Origin: Trichinella spiralis
Lineage: Eukaryota
DNA: 38,755 nt
Direction: 5' to 3'
Assembly: GCF_000181795.1 (NCBI RefSeq)
Contig: NW_003526945.1
Coordinates: forward strand, 915,645-954,399
The notes beneath the pieces are model-generated. The model saw nothing but the letters and a program-made list of their open reading frames with translations, did not search any database and was not told the origin of the DNA. The position numbers and the translations under genes were made by a program. This document shows positions 1-20,762 of this stretch, piece by piece; position 1 is the stretch's first letter; the number at the start of each line of letters is the position of its first letter.

Positions 1-1130
1 CTGCATATGTTTTAAATGGAATATCATTTCCGGGAAGTTTGACGTCTTTTTCAGCCAAGAAAACAAAATAAGATCCAAATATAAGTCCAAGAACCGAAAT
101 GTAGACTGTTGTAACAAGTTCCTAAAATCGAAGCAGATTTTCGTCGAAATGTGCAAAAATTAAAGCGGCAAAATCATATATATATATACATTCCGGTGCA
201 TGTACACGACAGAGCCGAGAAGTCGCCAACTTCCACACTGGCGATCAATGCGCAACAATTGCATGAGGTGGATAAATTGAAATCCTCTAAATGGAACATT
301 GCGAGAATGTAAGTGATGTTAATTTTTGAATTTTGAAAAGAAAAAATTACCTGACAGCGGATGATTTTAATCGTGTTCCATCAGTGCCGAAAATTAACAA
401 AGCCACGCTTGATACAATTGCGATAAGTTCTGCAAAATTCATCACGCGCAATTGGAATCATTTGTGTATTATTTAAATTTTGTTTTATGAAATAAGTATG
501 ATTGGAAGTTTAAAAATAAATTTGGAAATGTGGTTGTTTAAAATTTGTCGAATTATTTAAAAATTTTAGTTGCTTTTTAATCGAGCATTTGTTAACGAAA
601 GTTTTATACCGACCAATTAGGCACATCGGTTTGCATATGAAACGAAGTCTTCCCATTGGAAATGCGTACTGATATTTGCATCCTGCAGACCAAATTCGGA
701 TCAAATATTCGCCAATGAAAAAGGCCAGAAAAATTGATTCCTGCACATCCAATCAACAGTATACAATAGTAGTGAAAATTGAACAGTAAAAGAAAGGGAA
801 AATAATTTGAAAAATTAATAAATACCACATATAACAAAACTGGAGCGACAATCACGTACGACCAAATGGTAAGAGTGAAGCCGGTAACGATGAGCAAAAA
901 TCTAGAAAAGAAAAGAAGAATATTATAATCGAAAGACAACGTTGAATGGAATATGAAGTGGAAGAAATTATTTTTTACACGAAAATGTGATAAGCGTGGC
1001 ATTTCCAACCGACTGGCCTTTCGAGAAATGCAAATACACGACCCTGGCGAGCGACGGCAGATGGGCGGTGGTCGTTGTGGTTGAATTTGTCACTCTCCGG
1101 ATCAGTGTTGGAATGTACAATATTGTTCAT
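1..1130 (-). CDS. KCNQ1: Voltage-gated potassium channel KCNQ1/Kv7.1-like (KQT family); N-terminus to S5/turret, truncated by the window edge
   Basis: Minus-strand exons with consistent phases and GT-AG ends: 979-1130, 826-901, 614-740, 351-429, 190-286, 1-121. Translation: MNNIVHSNTDPESDKFNHNDHRPSAVARQGRVFAFLERPVGWKCHAYHIFV-FLLIVTGFTLTIWSYVIVAPVLLYV-ESIFLAFFIGEYLIRIWSAGCKYQYAFPMGRLRFICKPMCLI-ELIAIVSSVALLIFGTDGTRLKSSAVR-GFQFIHLMQLLRIDRQCGSWRLLGSVVYMHRN-ELVTTVYISVLGLIFGSYFVFLAEKDVKLPGNDIPFKTYA. This matches KCNQ1 motifs (FLERPxGW, RxWSAGC, GRLRF, DRQxGxWRLLGSVV, ELxTTxYI, YLAEKD). The start ATG at 1130 is tentative. Confidence 0.93.
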
Positions 1131-2030
1131 GCTTTGACCGGGTGAATTTTTTGAATACGCTCAACTGGAGATGATGGTCTTCTGGAATGATGGTTATCCT
1201 GAGCTGCGATCGAAAATACGCCAATATGATGAGATGGAATTGTTGTGCAAAGTTTGAACAGAAGCAGAATGGCGATCATGTGTGCCAGGTTGCTGCTGCT
1301 TTTTGTGGAAGCTTGCACACGTGGATGTTGTTGCACACGTCAGCAGCATTTTTGAACAGGTTTCACAATTGACAACATCATTATCATTATCACAACTGTA
1401 TTTATCGTTTGGCAAATGTGCAGTGGAGGGGGGGGGCAGGGAGAAAAGAAAGAAATCGTGTTTACACAACTGGCAAATGTCGTTCCAAACTGACCGATGC
1501 AAATTTGAACTATAAAAGTAGCAGCCAGTACTACAGAATGCCCTTGTTTTGTTTCGTATACAGTATTTTATTTTTTGAAAAATAATGTATTCTATTTTAC
1601 TTTAATTTTCAGCTAACTACAGATAAAGAACAAATATCATCACTACAACGCAATTGTTATTTTTATGTAAATTATTTTCTTTGACACAAGCACGTCATTT
1701 ATATGCTCAATCGTTGTAAACAAATGTGAATTATATTGAAAAAAAATTAATAAATAAAATAACAACTTACAAAAATTTGTTGTTCAAGTTTCTCCACTCG
1801 TATACAGTACTAATTGCCTTCAGTTGTACAATTGTCGTTCATTTCATCGTTGAAGTAACTTTATGCAAATATTTTCAACGAGGCCAATAAAAACAAATGT
1901 CGCCCTAATTTTTTTCGCGCTCGCGCCCGATTGACGTTTCACTGACGAATACTGTTGCGACAATGAACGCATACGCTCTACAACGGTGTTGTGTTTTATC
2001 ATATCTGACCAGCGGATCCGATGCACGACC

Positions 2031-2034
2031 ATTA

Positions 2035-2065
<31 letters not shown>

Positions 2066-2086
2066 CATCATCATCATCATCATCAT
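2031..2086. repeat. Compound (ATT)n(ATC)n microsatellite
   Basis: Run of att units followed directly by atc units. Confidence 0.9.
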
Positions 2087-3453
2087 CGGCTAGATGAATG
2101 CAAATGTGATAAGCGAAATAACGGAAATGCTGAATTGATTTGAATGAAGAGTGCGGTCGAATGTGCTCTGCTTGTTTGTTCGACAACACGGAAAACGGAC
2201 AATTATGAAAAGCTGGCTCTTCAAACAGTAAGTGAACTTTGATTATTTGAACCAATATGAGAAAACTGATCCCGCCATTTTGTTCATACTTTGATCTACT
2301 TTTCGAATTTCAATTTTGTTCAACGAAATTACAGTACTCTTGTTGTTGTTGTTGTTGTTGGGCAATTATTAACATTTTATAAAATAGTAGGCAGATGAAC
2401 GAAATAACAAAATTAGACGGAAATTAAAATCGAATTGAATAATTTGTTGAAATAATTTTTCTACCGATGAATTTTATCATTTCAATCTTCTATCATTTCC
2501 ATGCAAATCGTAGGTGACAATTTACACAGCAGTTGATGCGCTTTGATTGACTTTCAATTTGCAAACTTGCTCCACTTTGAAATGGCACCAAACACGCAAG
2601 TGATATTTTTTTTCTTTCAAATACTCAAAATTGTCTGTCCAATTGGAGACAGTTGGCAGAATTGTTAGCCAAATATGAATGAATATGAACAACCGGTTTA
2701 ATAATTTTGTTCAACTGCTTGCTTTCTTTTTAAAAAATGAAATATTTTTTACAATTATTTTGTCACTTTTAAATTTTCAACCTTTATCCGCTGCACTATG
2801 CGAAAAGAGAACCAAACGGTCGAATGGTGAAAGTGAAAACCTTAAAAATTTCCATTTGAAATTTTTATCAAATTGCAAAACTCACTCATTGCAGTTTCAA
2901 TTAAATGCTACAATTTGGTGATAGGTCAGTTATTTCGAAAAAAAAATGTTTTTTTTCTCTTTCCATTTTCAAATAAAAATTCTACAATTATTACATTTTC
3001 AACATCATTAATTTCATGTATGAATGTGATGTATTGATTTTGCATCTTGGCAATGTTGAATTTTGGACGCTTGATGTTAATATTTCAAATTTGATTAGAT
3101 AAGAATTCAATTACAGTATTTATAGGTCGCTAATGATTTCATTCATTAATAATATTGCTGCTTTAATTTCGTGAATATGTCGTCTGAGATAGAATTTGCT
3201 TAAAAAATTTTGTTTTCTTTTCTGTGAAAAATACATTATAAACTGATGTTCTGTTAATTTTAATTCATCAAGTTCAACCTTTCTGGCAGTCGATTCTTAT
3301 TTCTTTTTGATATCAAAGTTATTTTTATCATTTATTAATGTTGTGCTTTTTTGTGTCTTCAAATGTGCGATACATTAGTTTTGTTGTTGTTCAGTATTTT
3401 GTGGAAAATATTGTCTTTTGAAATTTATGCCGACAATCTTCAAACTTTCCAAA

Positions 3454-3485
3454 AGTAGTAGTAGTAGTAGTAGTAGTAGCAGTAG
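3454..3485. repeat. (AGT)n microsatellite
   Basis: agtagtagtagtagtagtagtagtagcagtag. Confidence 0.9.
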
Positions 3486-3601
3486 ACGTGCTAATTTATT
3501 ATTAATAATAATAATAATGGATAACTAAATACAGCACTACTAGAAATCGTTTCTGTTTCTACGGACATTTCAAAACTTATAGAAAGTAGTGTTTTCTGTT
3601 T

Positions 3602-4868
3602 TCATTTTGAATTCAGCGGAAATAATCCAGGGACAGATACTTTGTCATTTGCCAAGCATTTGTAGACTTTGGCCTTGCGACGCCGATCATATTCAAACGG
3701 TAGACACGCTGTATTCACAGGACAGTGACACCTGAAATATTGAAAATTGTATATGAATAAATAACTTTTAGTTATATTTTTTTTGTAAATTTTTTCATTG
3801 TTGAATATTTCAATTTTTATTTTGAAATTTATTTGCACAAATATCTCAATTTACATAAGATAAAATCATATTTTGTTAAAAATTCATTTTTTCTTTACTT
3901 TTATGATTTTAAAAAGAACTTTTTTAGAACTAAAAATATTCAACTAAAGTGAAATTTTATAATTATTCTATTGGATAAAATTAATATTTTTAAATAAATA
4001 AATAAATATATATATATACCAAGAAGGAATAACTTTATATTCTATCCCAAAATCGATCGTGTCTCTTCGTGGTATAATGAACTGACATGGCTCGGATGGA
4101 TAGCACAATGGAACAGCTTCCATCATTTCACTTTCCGAAGGCGTAAGATTGTTTTCCTTAAAATTAATTGCATCGTACGGGTTACTGTGGAAAATGCAAA
4201 TTTAAACATTATTTATTCAATGATAATGATTGATGCAATGGAACATCCATCAATCTTCATGCTCATCTGTATTACATTGAAATTGGACTGCTGTAAAATA
4301 AAAATAATGAAGAACTTTATTGTTATTTTTTTAAAATTTAACTTAAAATCTCTTTTTGTAAGAAAAAGGGAAATTTACATTTTTCAATTACGATTTTGTA
4401 TTCTATTATAATTATGATTCCTCTTTCTTTCTGAATATGGGAAATGATTGAAATTAATTTATATTTTGATAATATCACATGAAATTTATGCGTGTAATTG
4501 AAAGAGAACTGATTTGTCAAATGATTTTTTTTGTAAATTATAGGAAAAATGAATTTAAAAATTGTATATTCATAAATTTTATTGAACTCTTTAAATTGAA
4601 GCATTCAGGGGGTGAATATGAAAAGTAGTTGTGCATGATTTTCGAGCTTTGCATAATATACGTTTTCTCTTGGCAGCTGAACACAAAATGGATATAAATA
4701 TTTGAGCATTATATTTGATAATTGAAAAGCGACTTTTTTGAATTATTTTTCAAAATTGAACAAGCAAAACTTTACCCTTGACTTGATGGTAATTCCAAAC
4801 ATTGAATGAACATTAAGCAGAAATAGTATCATTGTTGTTGTAAACGACATTGTGATCGTCATTCCCAT
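3602..4868 (-). CDS. Small secreted cysteine-rich protein (~120-130 aa) of unknown function
   Basis: Exon 4776-4868 encodes the signal-peptide-like MGMTITMSFTTTMILFLLNVHSMFGITIKSR and ends at GTAAAG. Exon ~4020-4156 (alternative acceptor at 4184) and exon 3602-3731 splice in frame to ENNLTPSESEMMEAVPLCYPSEPCQFIIPRRDTIDFGIEYKVIPSWCHCPVNTACLPFEYDRRRKAKVYKCLANDKVSVPGLFPLNSK*. Optional 15-nt phase-0 exons at 4662-4676 and 4276-4290. The 3' two exons are well supported; linkage to the 5' exon is inferred. Confidence 0.7.
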
Positions 4869-6867
4869 TTATGTTGTCGAGTGAGCAGATGTTGCGTTGG
4901 ATTTCCTTTATAAAATTATACTTTATTAAATTTATTTCCTTTAGACAATAAAAAAAACCATCGCGAATAACTGTTTTAAAATCAAAATAACACTATATAT
5001 ATATGCACATGTATACGCTTTTTAATAGTACTGTTGGATGGATTATGCATTTATAATTGAATGAACTTAGAATAAAGTCTCTGAATAATGCTTTTTTTAC
5101 AATCAAACGTAACTTCTGTAATAATATGAAAAGTATTAAACAATTCCATGTTGATTTTAAAGAATAGCAAATGAAATGTCCTGAATATAAAAATTTCAAA
5201 AGTTTCCCGTTAAATTAAGAACAAATACGGTTTTAGGATAAAATCGGTGAAAAGAAAAGAAAATGCATGTGCTTGCAATGGTGGTGATGGTGAATACAGT
5301 CAAACCTGTGATAGCAGACAAGTATGTGGAAATGTATGAAATACAATTAAAGGAAAAGCATAGTGTACAGGTACTACATGTTGAAAAACGTTGATCTTAT
5401 AAGCGGACGGTAAGAATTTCAAAAATGAAATAAATGCTAGACAATCGCCTTGTTCATCGCTTTTTATAGTAAATTGAGGTGCTTTATCGACTTCCTGTTT
5501 TATTTCAGACTTTGAGAACCAATCCGCTTGAGACAAAAATGATTTTTCACATAATTATCTGATAGATGATGCTTGATTTGATGCACCTTTCTGCATCTCC
5601 TTATGAAAATTAAATTATTATGAAACATGGGCTTGCGTCATTTCAATTCATAGTGTTTCGCCCAGATAGATTGAGTGGCTGACAATTTCAGTTTTTCAAA
5701 CCTACGCATTATTCTTATGCTTTGTTATGATATCTGCATGCTATTAATAATATAAAAGTAGTGCTCATATGTTAATTGCGTCAATCATCAAAAAATATCC
5801 AATGCTTTTGTAGTTAAAAGTCATGCTTCATCTAATTATTTAGTTCACAATAAAATTAAAAGCACGCAGCAATCATTAACCAATAATCATTTAAGATGTT
5901 CTTTTTACAAATTTCAAAAAACACATATTAAAATTATTGCGATGGTTACAGAAATGGCCAAATAAACATTAAGTTGGTTGTAAAATTTAGCTTTGAGCCA
6001 TTATTATTGTCTTTAACATAAATATCACTTTGAAAGCGTGACTGAAGCCAAAATTTTCTGAATGGAACTTTTCGATGCGTATTGCATTTTTTATTTCATC
6101 ATTAGTATTAGTATTAATATTTGATTTTCATCTTTACACAACTATTAAATTATATGAATAATTTCATGTATTTTGTTTAGATTATGAGAAATTTAAGCTT
6201 TGTGAAGAAGTACAGTTGCTGAAGCTGAGTATGCTCAATTTATTGCAATTTTTTCTATTAAATGAACATAGCTAATAATTGCTATGTAAAATCTATCAAT
6301 CTCTAATATTACTAACATTATAGATAACTTACATCCTCATGTTTTCTTTGGAGAATTTTTATGAAAAATCATTGTCATTTCAATGTCTGATCACATGAAG
6401 AATACAGCATGCAATATGTCAGTTATAAAAGACCATCTACTATTACTTGACGTAAGTGATTTTTCTATTCTTATTCTCCTTCTTTTAGTGTTATGTCAAA
6501 ATTTTTTAATATTTTACAAAGATGATAAAGTGATTATTCTACTGATTTATGTTTGTAAATTGTGACATTTCAATTGTTTTTCATTTGATGATTTCAATGA
6601 ATGATTGCTGCTTTTCTTTGAGTACAGTTTAATTTCCCGAACAATTCATCAAACGATTCTTTTATTATTTTATCAGCCTTATTGAATTTTGTTCTATTTA
6701 ATGAATATTGAACAACAAACAGCTCATCAAAGTTTTCAGGCAAACAGATCACTTTTAGCAGTAGGTGACAAGCTTAATTTAGCAGCATGTAATATTATAG
6801 AAGTGTAATTGTATGGTAGTAGGTTATGGTTTAGAGAATGGTAGATGAATGAATATACTATGGTGAA

Positions 6868-6900
6868 TATAATATAATATAATATAATATAATATAATAA
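6868..6900. repeat. (AATAT)n pentanucleotide microsatellite
   Basis: ataatataatataatataatataatataataa. Confidence 0.85.
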
Positions 6901-9900
6901 GATGAAAATGAAGGCAATGATAATTTGCAAATGAAGTGAACGAAAGACTACGTTAGCGAGTGCATATTTAAAATTTTGTTTGGTCGGGCGGAAGTACTTT
7001 TTATTATTTATTAAACAACAGTGATATCATCAGTGTGCTATATTAGTTACATTTCACTAACCGTTGATTGTGTATGCACCATTGAATTTGTGTTGAAAAA
7101 GTGTTCCAATCATTGAAAATGCTTCGCAAATATTCTGACATTTGAATGTAATTCAATCTTTTCTTATTCTTTGCTTTTCTTGTAATCTTGAATTATTAGA
7201 TAGCAGAGAAGATGCAATCGTAAGAAATAGCACAACCATATGAAAATATTCTAAAAGTAGCAAACATTAAATTAAATCACTTATTCTGCTCATGTCATCA
7301 ATTTCATCATAAAATCTAAAGCATGAATCTGGTAAAAATGAAAAGTTGAATGAACTGCTCAAATTACAAAAATACATTATACTACTACCACTACTAATAC
7401 TAATAATAATACTTTAGTGATTGTATTACATTTTTTATAGTATAATTTAAAGTTTTCACATTTAATAATGGTTAAAAAGTAATATAATTTACCGGCAATG
7501 TATGCTATGAAATTGTTTGTTGTTGTGCTAGTTATTTAGATAGAATTGAAAGGTAATTTCAATCTGAGAGGAAGGGTAGTTGGTTGTCATACTGATTAGA
7601 TAAAGGTCATGTGGGTTTTCAAATGTTACTTTCTTATTTACATTGTATCAAATTATTTTGCCTCAAAATGTTATATATATATATGTATATGTATTTAATA
7701 ATTTGCGACTGTAAGCTATTTTTGAAGGTTGATTGAACCGTTTGGTTGGATGAAATGATTTTTGATTGAAAATATGATCAAAATTTAAATTCAGTATTGA
7801 TGCTTTGCTTGAAGAGGAAGTTTGATTTTCTGCTCTGCTGTGGTGTAGAAGATAAAATCAGAATTACGAATGTAAGCTTGATACAAGATGAGAAAGGAAC
7901 AAAATTTTCCTATTACAAAAGCTTGAACTTGACCTTTCCAAGCGCTTTTATTCCATTCACGTTCAGTTTTGTTCTGGTCACCAACCAGCACAGTGTGCTT
8001 GCAATAATAAACTTGCTTTCTGGAGAATGAAGGACAACAACAAGCTGTCTAGAGTTTCCGCTAATCTAGATGCCGGCTTTTAGGCTTTTACCATTCTGGG
8101 CATGTTGGCTTTTTGCCTTTCTTTGTACTTTTGCTGCTTCTATTTTCTTACATTAATCCTGCACTTGTTCATTGCCACATTTTTACAAACCATTTATTAT
8201 TTGGAGGAGGTGATCGAAGTTGGTTGACCGACCGGCTTTGCCTTTTCTTTAATGGCCCTCATTTTCATTGTTGTGAAAACTTGCTTTCCGGACGGACGGT
8301 TTGCTTAAACACTGGCTTGTTACATTGCCCAACTTCTACTAACTTTATTTTCAAGTAAGGGATTTTCAAATGTTCAATTATCTATCTACATTTTTCTTTT
8401 CTTATTAATTATTTCATTTCTTTTTGAATGCTATTTTTTGGCAATAACAGTTGTTAATTTATACATTTTGAATTTTTATCAAATATAATCCGGATATTTA
8501 AATTTGGATTGAAAGTAAAGAAAAAGACAATGAAATATCAACATTCTGTTGATGCAATTTGCAATGAAAGTTATTTTCTTGTCTACTGCATAAAATAAGA
8601 TAAGATCAATTATCAGTTTAATATAAGGTTGAAAATTGAATGTCTGCAGGAAGAGGCTTTTCTTGATTTTCTTACACGTGCAATTTGTTACAGTGACAAG
8701 CGTTTTTTCATACTTTGAACAAGGTAAACATTGAAACCTTTCTTTATTCACATTCATCGATTGTTGCCATCCGGTGCTTGCATGCCTTTTCGAAGAACAA
8801 TTGCAAAAATTATTTGCAATGACCGGAAAATATGCAACGTGAACTTCACATCACAATATGTTTGCATTTTTCTTCTCAACCACACTTTTACCAACTTCAT
8901 TCACAAACAAAGCAAAACCACAATTTCTTCATCCATTTCTGCAATATTAAATTGAGGAGATGAAATTTTATTAATAATAATTCTATTATAAAGATGTATT
9001 TCAACGTTTTAAGCTTTCTGCTTCTTTTCTTGTTCTGTTGCACATTTTAAGCATCATTTTTGATGCAACGTTGAATGTGCAATTAATTTTTGGAAAAGAC
9101 ACTAATTTATGTGTTAATTTTGTAAAGTATTTTTTAAAAATATATTATAATTTTGTAAATAAAATCAAAACTGTTTATCATAATGGTGAATTAGGAAGTG
9201 AGTTGCTACTTGTGTGCTTTAAACTAAGTTTAAACGAATGTTGAAAATTTTTTCTTCATCAATTTCTGATTATTTTATTCTTTTTCATTCTTCACATGCC
9301 CATACCTAAATTTATTTGCATCAGTTCAGCTTTATTCATTCTTCGAAGAAGAAAATAGGATCACTTATGATTTGGCATAATTATCAAATATTTGCATATG
9401 GTTGCTTTATCTTTTACTTTACAATCTTTGTTGATGACAAATTTTCAAGAGTTTTTGCGCATTTTTCCGCACTCAGAGAGGTTCTTCATTTCAAAAGTAA
9501 GATGAATGTGGAATATAGATAATATTTCAGGCTTTCTTTTTTAACAATCTGAAACACGCTTTACGCTCACTAATGCTTGTCGTATTTGATATTATTCCTT
9601 AATTGATCATCGAGTATTGTTACATTACATTAAGTTTGCTTTATGATTGGGAAAGTTTTGCAGGCAAATTTCCATTTATTACTTCAGATGTTTTAGAAAA
9701 TTTTAATTTGAAAGCAATTTAGCCGTGTGTTTGTGCGTATGTATGCTTTTTTTTACTTTCTCAAGTACCTAAGCATAAAAAAGCAGCCTGTTTGATGTGA
9801 AATTGTCTGAAAAATGCAGTAATAAAGTAGTTATAAATATTTTTCAGTGTTTGCATTTTTTCGAATAATAATAATGCCTGACCTAAAATATGCCTTAAAT

Positions 9901-12900
9901 TTTTTATCAGTTCACATCTTTCGAACGTTGCTCGTACCATTTAAATGAAATTACTTTCATTATTTACATTGCTTTCATAGAAAGTAATAAGTGATTGCAT
10001 TTTGCTGTAATAAATTTACATAATCTCTTACAGGACTGTCTGTGAAGTTGTTTAATTTGAAGTAACACAGAATTTGAGATTGTTATTTGTATTTATCACT
10101 TATTTTAAATTGTATTTTGTATTATAATTAATTAATGCGCATTTCTAATGTGAACTGATAAAACGACAAGAAAATGATTATTTGTTTATGCAAATTAAAA
10201 TTTTTCTAATGCTAGTAGGAAAGAGCGCTTTTATTGCTGGCTTATATTCGTAGTATCAAAAGTGATGTTTGTTCTGAAACTGATTTTATAATTAACAAGC
10301 AGGACTTTCATTGGAAAATTAATAAAAACGTTTTCTTCGTTTAATGCCTTGTATTTAATGTAAAATCCTCTTTCACTTTAGATGTTTTTCATGCTAATTT
10401 ATTCACGCAATCTTCGAAAGCTTCCTTTTGATTTTAGTCAAATCTTGCTGCAAATGTTGAAATTGTTTCCGCTTATTGCACTTCATCGAGCAGTTTATCT
10501 CTATAGTACTGCGACGCAGCAGCTTTACTCTATGATGCTATTCTATAATTGATGCATAGCAGTGGGTTTTCACAAATGTCTAAATTTACGTACGGCAACG
10601 TGAACGTTGACTAGCAATTCATGATTTATCTTCATTATTCACTTTATCTGAACTATGCCAGTTTGGCTATTTTCTCGTGTTTATATGGAACTAAGAATTC
10701 GAAGAACTTTATGATCATTCTCTGCAGTGCTTGTTAGAATTAATAACACGCGTGGGAATTTTAAGGTAAACATTTCAAAAGTAAATGAAAACTCGTATGA
10801 TTGTTTAGTATTCATATTTATTTGATTATTTTTTTCTCCTGCTTTTTTTACTGTGCTCAACAAAAGTTGATTCGTCTAAGCAAGATGGAAATGCAGATTT
10901 TCTTGCACACTTGCTTTCTTTGCTTTCATACTGTATTTGTTGCTTCTTCCATGTTCTTGCTCTATTATAATAAGATGCTTAAAGCATATATTGCTCGCTT
11001 GCTTGGGGGCGGTGCTTGTTTCAGCGTTGTGTTCATCTTTTTTACTCATAGAATGATAGTGATCATAGAATTGGTTTAAGTTTCTAGGCCAATGACGTCT
11101 AGCTAAGGGATGCTTCAAACTGTTTTCATAATTTAGTTTTCTTCACCATCACTACTGGAGGTAGTATTATTCAGTTTCAACTTTTTTAAATTAAAAATTG
11201 TGAAATTGAATCTTTTGCATTTGTTGCAAAAATACTGCTAAATTTATGCTTAATTTTTCAAACAATATTTTAATCATCTGATTAAAATCTTCAGATTGCA
11301 ATGACAGCAGCTTTTTCAATATCAGTAAAAGTGTGCAAAAGAATGATAATAACGTTAAACTTTATTATCTGATGGCTTCAGTTATTTGTTTCAGAAGTAA
11401 AAACTTGTTCATTTTTTCTGCATTTATTTCACTTTTAATCGATTGTTCTTTATGCAAATCTATTTCGATGTAGTTTTGTGATTCATCATACTTATCATAC
11501 GTTGCATGCAAAGATGTTATCTATTTTACAAATGTCATTTGTTTTATTACATTCGACGGACATTTTTAATGTCTTCTTCAAAAAGCAGCATATGTATTTT
11601 TTGTTGTTGTAGTTGGCACTATTTTGAATGTAATAGAATTTGTTTTCAATTATGAAACTCCTAAAAATGGTGCTACTTTATTCATTCATATAAATACGAC
11701 CCTATTGGCAAAAGATACTTGGTATAATAAAATGAATTGATCTAGATTATTTTCAAATCTGTGACATATTCGCTTATTTTTTTTGCACAGCCCCGATTTG
11801 TTGGTTTTTAACACATTTGAATCACTAGGAAAAAGTTATTGTTCAAGTGTTAAACACAAGCGATCATCAGTTAGCTTGACAAGAAATGCAATTGAACAAA
11901 CATTGTTTTTTTGTGTGTGAAATTGAAAAGTTCCAGAAGCAACAATTGGAAATGCAAAGTGGTGAAGAAAGCATACTAAAATTTTTACCTCTAAATGTTG
12001 CTGTTGGCAAATTCTTCTTCATTCTAATAATCACCAGGCTGATTTTCTATAGCATGAATATTATTATAATTATTAATCGATTGATTAATTAATGTTCAGT
12101 AGTATGCTTGGAGGTTGTTTTTGGACAATTGCATTTGCTTGCAGTCAATCCTTTCACTTTATTATAATTGAAATTTTCTTCACGCAATGGTGGTGGTTTA
12201 TCAGTATGATGATGATTATTATTATTATTATTTTATGACTTTGAAAAAAATTTTTTTTTAATATATAAAATGCTGAAAAAGTATTCTGATCAGCGATCGG
12301 TTGAGAATAAGTGATTGCAAGTTATTATGAAATAATTCCAAAGTGGAATATTATTTTACGACGATGTTGGCAAAAATAGTGGCATTTTGCTTATAAGTTT
12401 GAAGAGACTTTTGTGCTACTACTTTGTTATGGTGTGTTTGTCAGAAGAATTAAATATAAATGTTATTGACTGGAAAGCTAGTTGACAGTGGATGATAGAA
12501 TTGTCATTCCTGGAATAATGTTTCTGGCCGGTTCCTGGAAGAATGATGCGCTCAATTGAAGAGCTGACCTCCGTCTGCTTCCCTATCACTGAGGTCATCA
12601 CAACTGCCTGGGCCAAGATGAAACAGATTTGCCAACCAACTTCATTCGTTGTCAGATGATTTTATTTTTCCATACTTGATGTGCTCCAATTGTTGTTCTG
12701 ATGTTCATTTTTATCTTTTTCAACAATGTATTATTATTATTATTATTAGTTAGTTAGTTAGTGAGCATTTTAATTTTCGACTGCATTCCAACTTGCTAAA
12801 CCCAAAGCTTCATTATCGACGTATTGTGTTGTGCATAGTTTATCGTGTAATTGTTTAAGCATATCCAGAAATGAGGATGATGATGGTGAAATGTGATGAG

Positions 12901-13669
12901 AAATTGAATATTTTGTTTTCATTTGCCATCAAGCGTGTGTATTTGTTTTGTGTTTGAAAATTGCTGAAGGTAAGCGTACTTGGCCTTCATGATGCTACCA
13001 GTTTTTCTTGTTAAAATTCTACCTGAAGTGTTGGTTAGTTAGTCAAAGGCGAAGAAAGCAACTGCTTCGTGCCAATCATCATCTTCAGCTAATAAAAGCT
13101 TGCAGCAATTAATGAATGAATGAATGAATGAATGCGCTCTTCTCTAACACATCCCTTGGCAAGTGTTCGTGTTCAAACTGAATGAACGCGTTACAATGTC
13201 GATGTTACTGTAATGGATGAAATTGCATGAAATGGTCAGTTGTTTGAATGAATTTGAAAAATCAGCAGAGCGAATAAAGAAAATGAATCATCTCTGCCTA
13301 ATTCTGACGCATAGCAGCTGCCCGGCAAGTTTTGCTACCCACGTTGTACAAACCACTTTCATTTCAATTCATTTCATTTCATTGCCCGGCTTTAAAGCAT
13401 CCAGTTCATTCCATTTAATTCAACGAATTAGTCTCATTGAAATTGGTCATTTTTCAGCAAAACTGTCAAATGATCTGTTTAAAGTTAAATCTTTGTAAAA
13501 TATTTGAAACCAACTTTCGCCGTCGCAACTGTCAATGCGCAGATTTGTTTGTTATTATTTTTCTTTTGTTTACTTCAGATTTTAATAATTGTTGGTTTTA
13601 ACTTTAGCATTGTCAAGTGTCACCGAAGAGGCAGCTGCCGCCCCATCGAGCTGGCATTGAGTGAAGAAA

Positions 13670-20762
<7,093 letters not shown>

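Noticed and set aside
1844..2255. ORFs with poly-M/I and poly-D/N tracts
   Set aside because: Translations of the ATT/ATC microsatellite, with no other coding support.
12566..12598. Hairpin TGACCTC...GAGGTCA as a pre-miRNA
   Set aside because: The stem is too short, and I recognise no matching mature miRNA.
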